The notes beneath the pieces are model-generated. The model did not search any database and was not told the origin of the DNA. It worked only from the letters and a program-made list of their open reading frames with translations. Made by a program: the position numbers and the translations under genes. From Candidatus Marisimplicoccus framensis (GTDB lineage Bacteria > Bacteroidota > Bacteroidia > Flavobacteriales > Flavobacteriaceae): 64,000 nt of DNA. Position 1 is the first letter of the stretch; each line of letters starts with the position of its first letter. The stretch spans positions 7,175 through 71,174 of the forward strand of contig CAJIZN010000002.1 of assembly GCA_905182065.1 (NCBI GenBank), in the 5' to 3' direction. Shown here in pieces: positions 1 through 10,416 of the stretch.

Positions 1-317
1 ACATTACCTCTTTCTTTCCACTCATCATTACCTCTAATTGGATTATTTCCAGAGTGAAGTCCAGTAAGCAATATAGCTCTGGAAGGTGCACAAACAGGTG
101 AACCAGTATAATGATCTGTTAAAATCATTCCATTTTTTGCAAGTTGGTCAATATTTGGAGTCTCTATTTTTTTTTGACCTAAAATTCCAATTTCTCCATA
201 TCCTAAATCATCTGCCAAAATAAAAACCACATTAGGTTGATTGTCTAATTGATTATTTGGCGAGCATGATATGAGTGAGAAAAGTAAAATGAGAACTATA
301 TGTTTTTTTATATCCAT
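1..317 (-). CDS. type I sulfatase family protein (N-terminal 105 codons; gene runs off the left edge)
   Basis: Hand translation from ATG 317-315: MDIKKHIVLILLFSLISCS (lipoprotein-like signal), NVVFILADDLGYGE, then TGSPVCAPSRAILLTG. The last carries the C-x-P-x-R formylglycine signature. Confidence 0.8.
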   Translation of the reverse strand, partial: MDIKKHIVLILLFSLISCSPNNQLDNQPNVVFILADDLGYGEIGILGQKKIETPNIDQLAKNGMILTDHYTGSPVCAPSRAILLTGLHSGNNPIRGNDEWKERGN

Positions 318-327
318 ACTACAATAT

Positions 328-361
328 AAAAAAAGGGTTATAAATAAAAAGTTTATAACCC
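328..361 (-). terminator. Rho-independent terminator after the tRNA pair
   Basis: Perfect 10-bp inverted repeat GGGTTATAAA (335-344) / TTTATAACCC (352-361) with a 7-nt loop. On the minus strand it is followed by a T7 run (328-334), directly downstream of the tRNA-Arg 3' end. Confidence 0.75.
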
Positions 362-369
362 AAAGATAA

Positions 370-446
370 TGGTGATCGCGATAGGATTCGAACCTATGAC
401 CGTCTGGTTAGAAACCAGATGCTCTATCCAGCTGAGCTACGCGACC
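370..446 (-). tRNA. tRNA-Arg (anticodon TCT)
   Basis: Reverse complement folds as a cloverleaf: acceptor GGTCGCG/CGCGATC, anticodon stem TCTGG/CCAGA with loop TTTCTAA, T-loop GGTTCGAATCC, encoded CCA. Confidence 0.9.
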
Positions 447-454
447 TTAATATG

Positions 455-538
455 CGGAGAGACAGGGACTCGAACCCTGGCGACGCTTACACGTCGACAG
501 ATTAGCAATCTGCTCCATTACCACTCTGGCACCTCTCC
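455..538 (-). tRNA. tRNA-Ser (anticodon GCT), long variable arm
   Basis: Reverse complement GGAGAGGTGCCAGAGTGG...: anticodon loop TTGCTAA, long variable arm, T-loop GGTTCGAGTCC, acceptor GGAGAGG/TCTCTCC. 84 nt. Confidence 0.88.
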
Positions 539-550
539 AAAAAGATTTTA

Positions 551-558
551 CAAATTTA
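551..558 (-). promoter_or_regulatory. candidate Bacteroidetes -7 box (TAAATTTG) for the tRNA-Ser/tRNA-Arg transcript
   Basis: Minus strand reads TAAATTTG (matches TAnnTTTG) 12 nt upstream of the tRNA-Ser 5' end. No clear -33 TTTG. Confidence 0.4.
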
Positions 559-587
559 GATAAAAAAATGACCTGAAAAAGAAATAT

Positions 588-1820
588 TTAATCTTGTTGT
601 TCCAAAAGATTTTTCATCTCCATATAACCGCTATTATCACCTATTGTTCCATAGATATTCATAAGTGTTCTAATAGCCTCAATATTATTGTTAATATCAA
701 TTAAATCCTTTAAGATTGGAACTGTTTGCTTATATAAGTTTTCCCTTGATTCCTTAAGCTCATCATATTTCATATTATCAGCTCTTGATGTGCCTAAACT
801 ATTCATCTCACTTACTATATCTTCTTCTCCTTCAAGGATTAAAGCAACTAAGTTTAAGTAGCTATTTTCATTGCTTGGATCTAAATCAATTGAAGTTTGA
901 TAGTAAGAAACAGCAACTTCTTTTTCTCCAAGCTCAGCACTTACAACTCCAAGGTTATAGTATAGAACAGCATTATTTGGTTCTTTCTCTATTGCTTGAG
1001 ACATAGCAACTTTAAAGGCTTCTTTATTGCCTAGTTCAAAATAAATATTAGCAGCTGTAATAATTAAACCTACATCATCAGGGTTTGAAGATCTAGCAGC
1101 TTCAATAGCAGCCAAAGCTTTATCATTTTGACCTAATTCTTTATAAATAAGAGCAATATTTTTTACTATTTCAGGGAACTTCGAGTCAGTTTCTTCTTCT
1201 CTAGGGTTCGAATACTCTTTTGATTTTTGTAGTAACTTAAATTGAACTTCATCATTTATTTCAATTTCGTTACCGGAGCTCACTTCAGTTATGTAAAATT
1301 TAGTTTCAATACCTTCATACTTAATGTCTCTTAGTAACTCATAATATTCAAGAGCTAAAGGATAGTCAAGAGAATTTACTGCTGAGGAAGCGGCATAATA
1401 GAGGTATTCTGAATTAGTTTCAGTATTTAATTCATAGACCATTTTAAGCTTTTTGGCTGCAGCATTAAAATCCTCAGTTTCGTTATCTCCAACAGCACTA
1501 GTTATGATTGCAGTTTCAAGTTTTCTTAATTCAGGATTTAAGATTTGATCACTTGATCCTAAATTCTTTGACATATCAAATGCTTTTATTGCAAGTTCAA
1601 AGTCTTCCATTGTAGTGTGAAGTTTTCCATATAGAAGCATTGCTTGGGCTTTAATTTTATCATCACTTGAATCAAAAAGATCTTTCGCAGAATCTAACAA
1701 ATCAATTGCTGATGCATATTCTCCTGATATAAAAAATTTATTTGCATTTCTAAGCTCTTTTTTTTGAGCTGTTGAAAAAGAGAAAGTAAATAATAATATA
1801 AATAGTATAAGTTTTTTCAT
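588..1820 (-). CDS. secreted TPR-repeat protein, function unknown
   Basis: 410-aa ORF with an N-terminal signal peptide (MKKLILFILLFTFSFSTAQ) and repeated TPR-like A/Y/L-rich helices (e.g. AVLYYNLGVVSAELGEKEVAVSYYQTSIDLDP). Confidence 0.75.
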   Translation of the reverse strand: MKKLILFILLFTFSFSTAQKKELRNANKFFISGEYASAIDLLDSAKDLFDSSDDKIKAQAMLLYGKLHTTMEDFELAIKAFDMSKNLGSSDQILNPELRKLETAIITSAVGDNETEDFNAAAKKLKMVYELNTETNSEYLYYAASSAVNSLDYPLALEYYELLRDIKYEGIETKFYITEVSSGNEIEINDEVQFKLLQKSKEYSNPREEETDSKFPEIVKNIALIYKELGQNDKALAAIEAARSSNPDDVGLIITAANIYFELGNKEAFKVAMSQAIEKEPNNAVLYYNLGVVSAELGEKEVAVSYYQTSIDLDPSNENSYLNLVALILEGEEDIVSEMNSLGTSRADNMKYDELKESRENLYKQTVPILKDLIDINNNIEAIRTLMNIYGTIGDNSGYMEMKNLLEQQD

Positions 1821-1831
1821 ATTTCAATTAA

Positions 1832-4318
1832 TTAGACAGTATCTCCTGTAAATTCAATATCATTAACGTCTTCTAGATCGTCGTCATCTTTCATTACTTT
1901 GGCAACAGCAGCAATACTATCACCATCTTTTAAACTGATGACTTTAACACCTTGAGTTGCTCTTCCCATTACCCTAAGATCCTCAACTTGCATTCTAATT
2001 GCAATACCAGATTTATTAATAATCATTAAGTCGTCATTGTCTGAGACACTTTTTAAAGTTACTAATTTACCAGTTTTTTCTGTAATAGATATAGTTTTAA
2101 CACCCTTACCTCCTCTATTAGTTAGCCTATAGTCTTCAAGAGAAGACCTTTTACCAAAGCCATTTTCAGAAACAACTAATATATTCGCGTCCATATCATT
2201 TACAGATATCATACCAACAACTTCATCTTTATTGTCTTTCAACCTAATACCTCTGACTCCAGATGCATTTCTTCCCATTGGCCTAGTTTTGCTTTCTTCA
2301 AATCTAATTGCTTTTCCAGATTTAACAGCCAACATAATTTGACTATTTCCATTAGTTAACTTAGCTTCTAATAACTCATCGCCATCTTTGATTGTAATTG
2401 CATTTATACCATTAGATCTAGGTCTAGAGTATTGTTCTAACGAAGTTTTCTTTACTTGGCCCATCTTTGTTGCCATAATTACATAATTACTGTTAACGTA
2501 TTCTTCATCTTTTAGATCTTGAGTACATATAAATGCTTTAACTCTATCATCTTGTTCAATATTAATAAGATTTTGCATAGCTCTTCCTTTGGAATTTTTA
2601 GAGCCCTCTGGAATCTCATAAACTCTCATCCAGAAACATTTACCTTTTTGAGTAAAAAACAACATGTACTGATGATTTGTACCAACAAATAAATCTTCTA
2701 AAAAGTCTTCATCTCGAGTTTTTGTTGCTTTTTGACCAACTCCTCCTCTATTTTGAGTTTTATATTCTGACAAAGGAGTTCTCTTAATGTATCCAGCATG
2801 AGATATAGTTATAACAACTTTTTCATTTGGAATAATATCTTCAACTCTGAAGTCACCTCCTGCATAATCAATTACAGATCTTCTTTCATCACCATACTTT
2901 TCTTTAATAACTGATAGCTCTTCTTTAATTACACTCATTCTCATTGGCTTGCTGTCAAGCAATTCTTTGAAACCTTTTATTGTTTTTTGAAGTTCGTCAT
3001 ACTCATCTCTGAGTTTATTTTGCTCTAGACCTGTGAGCTGTCTTAACCTCATTTCGATAATAGCCTTTGCTTGGATTTCAGAAAGTTTATATTTTTTTTC
3101 AAGCTTTAGTCTCGCTTCTTCTGCATTTGATGATTTTTTTATTAAATCAATAACATCATCAATATTATCACTAGCTATTATTAGCCCTTCTAATATATGA
3201 GCTCTTTGTTCAGCTTTCTTTAGTTCATAGTTAGTCCTCTTGACTACCACATCATGTCTATGGTCAACAAAATGATGAATTAAATCTTTAAGATTTAAAA
3301 GCTGGGGTCTTCCATTCACAAGAGCTACATTATTAACACTAAATGAGGATTGAAGAGAAGTATATTTATAAAGTTTATTTAAAACTATATTTGGAATCGC
3401 ATCTCTCTTTAGAACATATACAATTCTCATTCCATTTCTATCAGACTCATCTCTTATAGTAGAAATTCCTTCAATTTTTCCATCATTAACTAAATCAGCA
3501 GTTTTTTTAATCATATCTGCTTTATTCACCTGATATGGAATTTCAGAAACTATAATACATTCCCTTTCCTTAACGTTTTCAATAATAGCTTTTCCTTTCA
3601 TTACCACCCTGCCTTTTCCTGTATGAAAAGCCTCCTTCACTCCATCATATCCATATATAGTTCCACCTGTTGGAAAGTCAGGAGCTTTAATATGCTGCAT
3701 AAGTTCATCGATTGTAACATCATTGTTGTCTATATACTGCATAATTCCATCTATAACTTCAGATAGGTTATGTGGTGGCATATTTGTAGCCATTCCAACT
3801 GCAATTCCAGAGGCTCCATTTATTATTAATGCAGGTACTCTAGTTGGAAGCACAGTAGGTTCCATTATGGTGTCATCAAAATTAAGTTGGAAATCAACTG
3901 TCTCTTTATCAATATCAGACAATAGATCTTCCGAAATTTTTTGCATTCTAGCCTCTGTATACCTCATTGCTGCAGGACTATCTCCATCAACAGATCCAAA
4001 ATTTCCTTGCCCATCAACTAAGTTGTATCTCAAACTCCACTCTTGGGCCATTCTTACCATGGTGTCATATACAGAACTATCACCGTGTGGGTGATATTTA
4101 CCCATGACATCCCCAACAATTCTTGCAGATTTTTTGTAAGATGATGAAGATCTAACCCCCATTTCATTCATTCCAAAGAGCACTCTTCTGTGAACAGGCT
4201 TCAGTCCATCTCTAACATCTGGCAAGGCCCTAGAAACAATTACAGACATCGAATAATCGATGTATGCAGACTTCATTTCATCTTCAATCTTTATTGGAAT
4301 TAATTTTTCTTTTTCCAT
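1832..4318 (-). CDS. gyrA: DNA gyrase subunit A
   Basis: 828 aa with hallmark motifs: [24 protein letters not shown] (QRDR region), [10 protein letters not shown] (active-site Tyr), and C-terminal beta-pinwheel repeats. Confidence 0.97.
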   Translation of the reverse strand: MEKEKLIPIKIEDEMKSAYIDYSMSVIVSRALPDVRDGLKPVHRRVLFGMNEMGVRSSSSYKKSARIVGDVMGKYHPHGDSSVYDTMVRMAQEWSLRYNLVDGQGNFGSVDGDSPAAMRYTEARMQKISEDLLSDIDKETVDFQLNFDDTIMEPTVLPTRVPALIINGASGIAVGMATNMPPHNLSEVIDGIMQYIDNNDVTIDELMQHIKAPDFPTGGTIYGYDGVKEAFHTGKGRVVMKGKAIIENVKERECIIVSEIPYQVNKADMIKKTADLVNDGKIEGISTIRDESDRNGMRIVYVLKRDAIPNIVLNKLYKYTSLQSSFSVNNVALVNGRPQLLNLKDLIHHFVDHRHDVVVKRTNYELKKAEQRAHILEGLIIASDNIDDVIDLIKKSSNAEEARLKLEKKYKLSEIQAKAIIEMRLRQLTGLEQNKLRDEYDELQKTIKGFKELLDSKPMRMSVIKEELSVIKEKYGDERRSVIDYAGGDFRVEDIIPNEKVVITISHAGYIKRTPLSEYKTQNRGGVGQKATKTRDEDFLEDLFVGTNHQYMLFFTQKGKCFWMRVYEIPEGSKNSKGRAMQNLINIEQDDRVKAFICTQDLKDEEYVNSNYVIMATKMGQVKKTSLEQYSRPRSNGINAITIKDGDELLEAKLTNGNSQIMLAVKSGKAIRFEESKTRPMGRNASGVRGIRLKDNKDEVVGMISVNDMDANILVVSENGFGKRSSLEDYRLTNRGGKGVKTISITEKTGKLVTLKSVSDNDDLMIINKSGIAIRMQVEDLRVMGRATQGVKVISLKDGDSIAAVAKVMKDDDDLEDVNDIEFTGDTV

Positions 4319-4501
4319 AAGTATATATTATTGCTAAAATAACTAATAAGGGGTTATTTTCTTAATTCAAAATGACATAAAAAAAGAATATTTATTAACA
4401 TTATTAATTGAAAAGTTTTATCTCGAAATAAGTAATTAGTATATTCATTTCCTTTGTTTATTTATATTAATGATATATTTTAGTCAACAAATAAATTAAT
4501 A

Positions 4502-4951
4502 ATGGACGATAATTTTTCTTCTAGGGTTAAAGATGTTATTTCCTACAGTAAGGAAGAGGCTTTAAGATTAGGACATAAACAAATTGGAACTGAACATCTT
4601 CTACTTGGAATGCTAAGAGATGGAGGGGGTAAAGCTATATCAATTCTAAATTCAATAGAAATAAATCTTGATGAACTTAGAAAGAAAGTTGAACTATTAA
4701 ATCCTGCAATTATAGACAGTACATCCATTGGTCTTAATGAAAAGAAGAATCTCCATTTAACTAGACAAGCAGAAAGAGCCTTAAAAACTACTTTTTTAGA
4801 AGCAAAACTTTTTCAGAGTACAAATATTAATACAGCACACCTGCTCTTGTGTATTTTAAGAAATGATAATGATCCCATTACAAAAGTTTTATCTAAAATG
4901 GATATAAACTATGATAGTGTTAAAGAAAAATTTAAGTCTATGATTAAGTGA
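4502..4951 (+). CDS. clpC: ClpC-type AAA+ chaperone, N-terminal Clp_N fragment (frame break at 4944-4951)
   Basis: Two Clp_N repeats (GHKQIGTEHLLLGMLRD; NTAHLLLCILRN). The protein continues in the +1 frame. Confidence 0.85.
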   Translation: MDDNFSSRVKDVISYSKEEALRLGHKQIGTEHLLLGMLRDGGGKAISILNSIEINLDELRKKVELLNPAIIDSTSIGLNEKKNLHLTRQAERALKTTFLEAKLFQSTNINTAHLLLCILRNDNDPITKVLSKMDINYDSVKEKFKSMIK

Positions 4952-7055
4952 AACAGGATCAGATGATATTATTGAGTATCCAACATCTGATGCATTTCCA
5001 GATGAAAAAGATGATTCAGAAGAATCTTCAAAAAATCCATTTACTTCAAAACAAAAAACAAAATCATCTGCAAATACAAAAACTCCTGTTTTAGATAATT
5101 TTGGTAGAGATATGACAGCATTAGCTGAATCTAATAAGTTAGATCCAGTTATAGGGAGAGATAAAGAGATTCAGAGAGTTTCTCAGATATTAAGTAGAAG
5201 AAAAAAGAATAACCCTCTTCTAATTGGAGAGCCAGGAGTTGGTAAGTCTGCAATTGCTGAAGGCTTAGCATTAAGAATAATTCAAAAAAAAGTTTCAAGA
5301 ATTTTATATGGCAAAAGAGTAATAACTCTTGATCTTGCAAGTTTAGTGGCAGGCACTAAATACAGAGGACAGTTTGAAGAAAGAATGAAGGCTGTTATGA
5401 ATGAGCTTGAAAAAAACAGGAATATCATTTTATTTATTGATGAAATCCACACAATTGTTGGTGCTGGAGGTGCTACTGGTAGTTTAGACGCATCTAATAT
5501 GTTTAAACCTGCGTTAGCACGAGGAGAAATTCAATGTATTGGTGCAACTACATTAAATGAATACAGTCAACATATTGAAAAAGATGGTGCGCTAGAAAGA
5601 AGATTTCAAAAAATTCTTGTAGAAGAAACTAATAAAGAGGAAACTGTTGAGATTCTAAGAAATATTAAACATAAATATGAATCTCATCATAATGTAAATT
5701 ATACTGACGAAGCATTAATTGCTTGTGTTGAACTTAGTCAAAGATATATTACAGACAGATTTCTTCCAGATAAAGCTATTGATGCACTAGATGAATCAGG
5801 ATCTAGAGCTCATATTAACAATATGGATGTCCCAGAGGAAGTTATTTTGATGGAGAAACAACTAGAAGATGTTAGGGAATTAAAAAATTCTGTTGTAAAA
5901 AAACAAAAATATGAAGAAGCTGCAAAACTTCGTGATGATGAAAAAAGAGTTGAGAAAAAACTTGTTGAAGCTCAAAATAGATGGCATGAAGACTCAAAAT
6001 TAAATAGAGTTACAGTTGATGAAAACGAAATTGCCGATGTTGTTTCTATGATGACTAACATTCCTGTTAATAAAATTGTTTCAACAGAAAAAAATAAATT
6101 ATCAAAACTTGAAGATATAATCAAAGACAAAATTATCGGACAAGATGAAGCTGTGTCTAAAGTTGTGAAATCTATTCAAAGAAATAGAGCTGGTCTAAAT
6201 TCTCCAAACAGACCTATAGGGTCATTCATATTTCTTGGACAAACTGGTGTTGGTAAAACACAATTAGCAAAAGTTTTAGCATCTGAAATATTTGAATCTG
6301 AAGAAAACTTAATTAGAATTGATATGAGTGAGTACATGGAAAAATTCTCTGTGTCTAGACTTATAGGTGCACCTCCAGGATACGTTGGTTATGAAGAAGG
6401 TGGGCAATTGACCGAGAAGGTTAAACGTAGACCTTATTCAGTTGTTTTATTTGATGAAATTGAAAAAGGTCATCCTGATATATACAGTATGCTTCTTCAA
6501 ATTCTTGATGATGGATTCCTAACAGATAGTGTTGGTAGAAAAATAAATTTTCAAAATACTATAATTATTATGACATCAAATATTGGTGTAAAACAAATTA
6601 ACGATTTTGGAATAGGTGTTGGTTTTGAAACCAAATCATCTGTTGATCAAACATCTCAAACTGAACAAAAAGTTATTCAGAGAGCTTTAAAAAACACATT
6701 TGCTCCTGAATTTTTAAACAGAGTAGATGATTGTATAATATTTAATTCTCTGTCTATTAAAGACATTAATAAGATTATTACAATAGAAATTAATAAACTC
6801 AAAGAAAGAGTTAAGAATATAGGCTATGACTTATCAATTTCAGTGAAAGCTAAATCTTTTATATGTGAAAAAGGTTTTGATAAAAAAAATGGTGCTAGAC
6901 CACTAAATCGAATGATTCAAAAGTATGTTGAAGATCTAATTGCTGAAAATCTTGTCTCAGATAAAATAAAACAAGGAGATAAATTGTACGTTGATCATAA
7001 ACCTGGTTTAGATAATTTAATTCTACTAATTAATAAAAAAGAGATAGCTTCTTGA
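4944..7055 (+). CDS. clpC: ClpC-type AAA+ chaperone, main fragment (linker plus D1 and D2 ATPase domains)
   Basis: Frame is open from 4944 (ETGSDD...TPVLDNFGRDMTALA); the first ATG is at 5112. Walker A motifs GEPGVGKSA and GQTGVGKT are present, with sensor and arginine-finger regions. Confidence 0.92.
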   Translation, partial: LSETGSDDIIEYPTSDAFPDEKDDSEESSKNPFTSKQKTKSSANTKTPVLDNFGRDMTALAESNKLDPVIGRDKEIQRVSQILSRRKKNNPLLIGEPGVGKSAIAEGLALRIIQKKVSRILYGKRVITLDLASLVAGTKYRGQFEERMKAVMNELEKNRNIILFIDEIHTIVGAGGATGSLDASNMFKPALARGEIQCIGATTLNEYSQHIEKDGALERRFQKILVEETNKEETVEILRNIKHKYESHHNVNYTDEALIACVELSQRYITDRFLPDKAIDALDESGSRAHINNMDVPEEVILMEKQLEDVRELKNSVVKKQKYEEAAKLRDDEKRVEKKLVEAQNRWHEDSKLNRVTVDENEIADVVSMMTNIPVNKIVSTEKNKLSKLEDIIKDKIIGQDEAVSKVVKSIQRNRAGLNSPNRPIGSFIFLGQTGVGKTQLAKVLASEIFESEENLIRIDMSEYMEKFSVSRLIGAPPGYVGYEEGGQLTEKVKRRPYSVVLFDEIEKGHPDIYSMLLQILDDGFLTDSVGRKINFQNTIIIMTSNIGVKQINDFGIGVGFETKSSVDQTSQTEQKVIQRALKNTFAPEFLNRVDDCIIFNSLSIKDINKIITIEINKLKERVKNIGYDLSISVKAKSFICEKGFDKKNGARPLNRMIQKYVEDLIAENLVSDKIKQGDKLYVDHKPGLDNLILLINKKEIAS

Positions 7056-8776
7056 AAGTCTTAAAATTTGGCGGCACATCTGTCGCTGATTCAAAATCTA
7101 TAAATAAAGTTGTTGCCATTTTAAATAATAATGATGATAACTTATTGATCATAGTTTCAGCATTTGGAGGTGTTACAAATCTCCTTCAAGAATGCATTAA
7201 TTTAAAGGGGAAATCAACTGAAGGTATATTAAAAGAAATTGAAACTAGACATCTAGAAGTGATAGATAATCTTTCAAGTCTTGATGGACAAAGCTCATTA
7301 AAAAGTTTTCTTAAAGAGAAACTGAATGAACTTGAGGATATATTAGATGCTATTTCAACAATTGATGAAGTAACTCAAAAAATAATTTCTAAAGTCTTAA
7401 CACTTGGGGAAATTCTTTCAAGTTCAATAATATATGAGATTCTAAAACAAAAGAGATTTGATATATCTTATCTTGATTCTAAAGAGGTTATATATAGTAA
7501 AAGCTTTAATAATAACGAAGTTCTAGATAATGATAGATCATCTATTAGTATTAAAAATAAATTAGACCTAATCAAGTCTAAACTTATTATTGCACCAGGA
7601 TATATTTGCTCTAATGAAAATAATGAAATCTCAAACTTAGGAAGAGGTGGCTCTGATTACAGTGCAGCTATATTTGCAAAATATTCTAATGCAAAATCAC
7701 TAGAAATTTGGACTGATGTAAGTGGAGTTTACAGTGCAAATCCTAAGATTGTTAAGAAAGCATTGCCAATTGAATACCTATCATATAAAGAGGCTATGGA
7801 GCTTTCTTTTTTTGGAGCAAAAGTTATTTACTTCCCTACTCTTCAGCCACTAATTGAGGAAAATATACCTGTTTATATTAAGAATACTTTTAAGCCTAAT
7901 GATAATGGAACATGTATTTCAAACTCTACAAAACTTGATGGAGATGAAATTGTTAAAGGAATTAGTCATATAGAGGATATATCTATAATAAATTTTGAAG
8001 GATCAGGTATGGTAGGAGTTCCTGGGTTCTCTAAAAGATTTTTTGAATCTTTATCTATTCATAAAATTAATGTTGTAATGATTACTCAAGCTTCATCTGA
8101 GTTTTCAATTTGTATAGCTGTTGATTCAAATGATGCTATTTCTGCCAAAAAAGTAATAGATAAAGAATTTGAATTTGAAATAACTCAAAATAGAATTAAT
8201 CAGGCCCAGATTGAATCTAACTTATCAAATATTGCAATTGTTGGTGATAAAATGAAGAGTAAAAAAGGTGTAAGCGGAAGGCTATTTAACTCATTAGGTC
8301 AAAACAACGTTAATATAAGAGCTATAGCCCAAGGTGCATCTGAAAGAAATATATCAATAATCATTGATGAGGTTAATACTAAGAAGGCTTTAAACTCTTT
8401 ACATGAAACTTTCTTTGAAGAAAACCTTAAAGATGTGCACGTTTTTATAACTGGAGTAGGAAATGTTGGAGGTTTTTTGATTGAACAGATTAAAATTCAG
8501 CGAGAATTTATTGCAACTAATCTTAAATTAAACCTGAAAGTTTTAGGAATATCTAACTCAAAAAAAATGTTAGTATCTGAATCTGAAATTGATCTTGATA
8601 ATTGGAAAGATCTTTTAAATAATTCCATAATAAATGCAGATAGTGAAACTTTTCAAAAAAGAATCTTAGACTTAAACTTAAGGAATAGTTTGTTTGTAGA
8701 TAATACGGCAAGTGATTTAATACCAAATACTTACAGAGGAATACTTAAAAAATGGAATTGGTATCATAACCTGTAA
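7052..8776 (+). CDS. thrA: bifunctional aspartokinase / homoserine dehydrogenase, N-terminal fragment (frame break at the A6 run 8747-8752)
   Basis: Starts MKVLKFGGTSV, the canonical aspartokinase N-terminus. The start is TTG at 7052, overlapping the clpC TGA stop. ACT domains and a Rossmann motif (ITGVGNVGG) follow. Confidence 0.9.
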   Translation: MKVLKFGGTSVADSKSINKVVAILNNNDDNLLIIVSAFGGVTNLLQECINLKGKSTEGILKEIETRHLEVIDNLSSLDGQSSLKSFLKEKLNELEDILDAISTIDEVTQKIISKVLTLGEILSSSIIYEILKQKRFDISYLDSKEVIYSKSFNNNEVLDNDRSSISIKNKLDLIKSKLIIAPGYICSNENNEISNLGRGGSDYSAAIFAKYSNAKSLEIWTDVSGVYSANPKIVKKALPIEYLSYKEAMELSFFGAKVIYFPTLQPLIEENIPVYIKNTFKPNDNGTCISNSTKLDGDEIVKGISHIEDISIINFEGSGMVGVPGFSKRFFESLSIHKINVVMITQASSEFSICIAVDSNDAISAKKVIDKEFEFEITQNRINQAQIESNLSNIAIVGDKMKSKKGVSGRLFNSLGQNNVNIRAIAQGASERNISIIIDEVNTKKALNSLHETFFEENLKDVHVFITGVGNVGGFLIEQIKIQREFIATNLKLNLKVLGISNSKKMLVSESEIDLDNWKDLLNNSIINADSETFQKRILDLNLRNSLFVDNTASDLIPNTYRGILKKWNWYHNL

Positions 8777-9494
8777 TAAGATTGCTAATTCTGATACTTT
8801 TACAAATTATGAAGAGCTAAAATCTTTATCAAGAGATAATAATTCTACTTTTTTATATGAAACTAATGTTGGAGCTGCACTTCCAGTTATAAGTACTCTT
8901 AATAATTTAATCAACTCAGGTGATAAAATAATAAAAATTGAGGCTGTACTTTCCGGTACCTTGAACTATATTTTTAATAATTTTCAAGAAATGGATACTT
9001 TTCATCAGATTGTTTCAAAAGCTGTAGATTTAGGATATACTGAACCTGATCCTAAAATAGATTTATGTGGAGTTGATGTGTCAAGGAAAATATTAATTCT
9101 AGCTAGAGAAAGTGGTTATAAACTTGAATTTGAAGATATCAATAAAAATCATTTTTTACCAGAAGAAGCAATCAACTCAAAATCCAAAGATGAATTCTTA
9201 TCATCACTAAAGAAAAATAAAGATCATTTTAATACTTTATTAAAGAATGCACAAGAAAAAGATTCAAGATTAAAGTTTGTAGCTAAGCTTGAAAATGGAA
9301 AAGCTAGTGTTGGCCTAGAGTCAGTTTCAGCTGAACATCCATTCTATAATTTGGTTGGTAGTGATAATATTACTGTTTTTCATACTGAAAGGTATAAAAG
9401 CTCTCCTTTAGTTGTAAAAGGTGCAGGTGCAGGCGGAGAGTTTACTGCATCAGGAGTATTTGCTGATATAATTAAAGCGAGTCAAAATGGATAG
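8721..9494 (+). CDS. thrA: aspartokinase / homoserine dehydrogenase, C-terminal fragment
   Basis: The +1 frame is open from 8721 and continues GIGIITCNKIANS...YETNVGAALPVISTL...GTLNYIF...GYTEPDPKIDLCGVDVSRK, the homoserine dehydrogenase catalytic domain. Confidence 0.88.
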   Translation, partial: YQILTEEYLKNGIGIITCNKIANSDTFTNYEELKSLSRDNNSTFLYETNVGAALPVISTLNNLINSGDKIIKIEAVLSGTLNYIFNNFQEMDTFHQIVSKAVDLGYTEPDPKIDLCGVDVSRKILILARESGYKLEFEDINKNHFLPEEAINSKSKDEFLSSLKKNKDHFNTLLKNAQEKDSRLKFVAKLENGKASVGLESVSAEHPFYNLVGSDNITVFHTERYKSSPLVVKGAGAGGEFTASGVFADIIKASQNG

Positions 9495-10416
9495 TATTAA
9501 AGTTTTTTCACCTGGAAGTATCTCTAATCTATCATGCGGATATGATATTCTAGGTCTTTGTCTTCAAAATAGAGGAGATGAAATCACGGTATCTAAGACT
9601 AATAAAAAAGGAATAATTATTAGGTCTATTGAAGGACATAGCTTAACAAAAGATATTAATAAAAATGTTGCAGGGATAGCTGCCCAAGCATTACTTAAAA
9701 ATATTAATATTAATTATGGCTTTGAAATTGAAATAAAAAAAGGTATTAAACCTGGAAGTGGAATTGGAAGTTCTGCTGCTAGTTCAGCTGGAACTGTTTT
9801 TGCAATAAATCAACTTCTAGATTCTCCATTCAGTCATTTAGACCTAATTAAGTATGCAATGGAAGGTGAAAGGTTTGTTAGCGGTTCTTACCATGCTGAT
9901 AATCTCGCTCCAATTATTTTAGGTGGAATAACGTTAGTAAGATCGATTGATAGTATAGACGTAATAAAACTTCCGTCACCAAAAAGTTTAGAAGTCATTA
10001 TTGTCAGACCTAATATTGAGATTAAAACTTCTGATTCAAGAAAACTCGTAAAGAAAAAAATTAAAATAGAGAAAATGGTGCAACAGTCTGCAAATATAGG
10101 ATCTTTCATTAGCAGCTTATACACAGAAGACTTTGATTTGATGTCAAAATCTGTTGTAGATGAAATTATAGAGCCAGATAGATCAATGTTGATACCTGAA
10201 TTTGATAACATCAAAAAAATATCTAAAGATAGTGGTGCTATAGCGGTAGGAATTTCAGGCTCAGGGCCATCAATTTTTTCATTATCAAATAATACTTCCT
10301 TATCTAATAAAATTTTAGACAACATAACTAATCATTATGAAAAATTAAAAATTGATTATGATGGTTTTATTTCTAAAATTAATACTGCAGGTATAAAAAT
10401 ACTTGAAACTAAGTGA
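9487..10416 (+). CDS. thrB: homoserine kinase
   Basis: GHMP kinase motif IKPGSGIGSSAASSAG. Lies between thrA and thrC with overlapping stop and start codons. Confidence 0.92.
   Translation: MDSIKVFSPGSISNLSCGYDILGLCLQNRGDEITVSKTNKKGIIIRSIEGHSLTKDINKNVAGIAAQALLKNININYGFEIEIKKGIKPGSGIGSSAASSAGTVFAINQLLDSPFSHLDLIKYAMEGERFVSGSYHADNLAPIILGGITLVRSIDSIDVIKLPSPKSLEVIIVRPNIEIKTSDSRKLVKKKIKIEKMVQQSANIGSFISSLYTEDFDLMSKSVVDEIIEPDRSMLIPEFDNIKKISKDSGAIAVGISGSGPSIFSLSNNTSLSNKILDNITNHYEKLKIDYDGFISKINTAGIKILETK

Noticed and set aside
369-563. 64-aa plus-strand ORF from the track
   Set aside because: It is the antisense read-through of the tRNA-Arg and tRNA-Ser genes. The GC-rich tRNA sequence simply lacks stop codons.
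3723-4094. 123-aa ORF antisense to gyrA. Similar long antisense ORFs lie at 9888-10325 in thrB, 12462-12869 in pepP, 41723-42118 in coaBC, 55065-55367 in murQ and 60937-61227 in the barrel-protein gene.
   Set aside because: All lie fully inside strongly supported genes on the opposite strand. They have Leu/Ser/Ile/Phe-rich, low-complexity translations typical of the antisense frame of codon-biased genes, and no motifs or independent signals.
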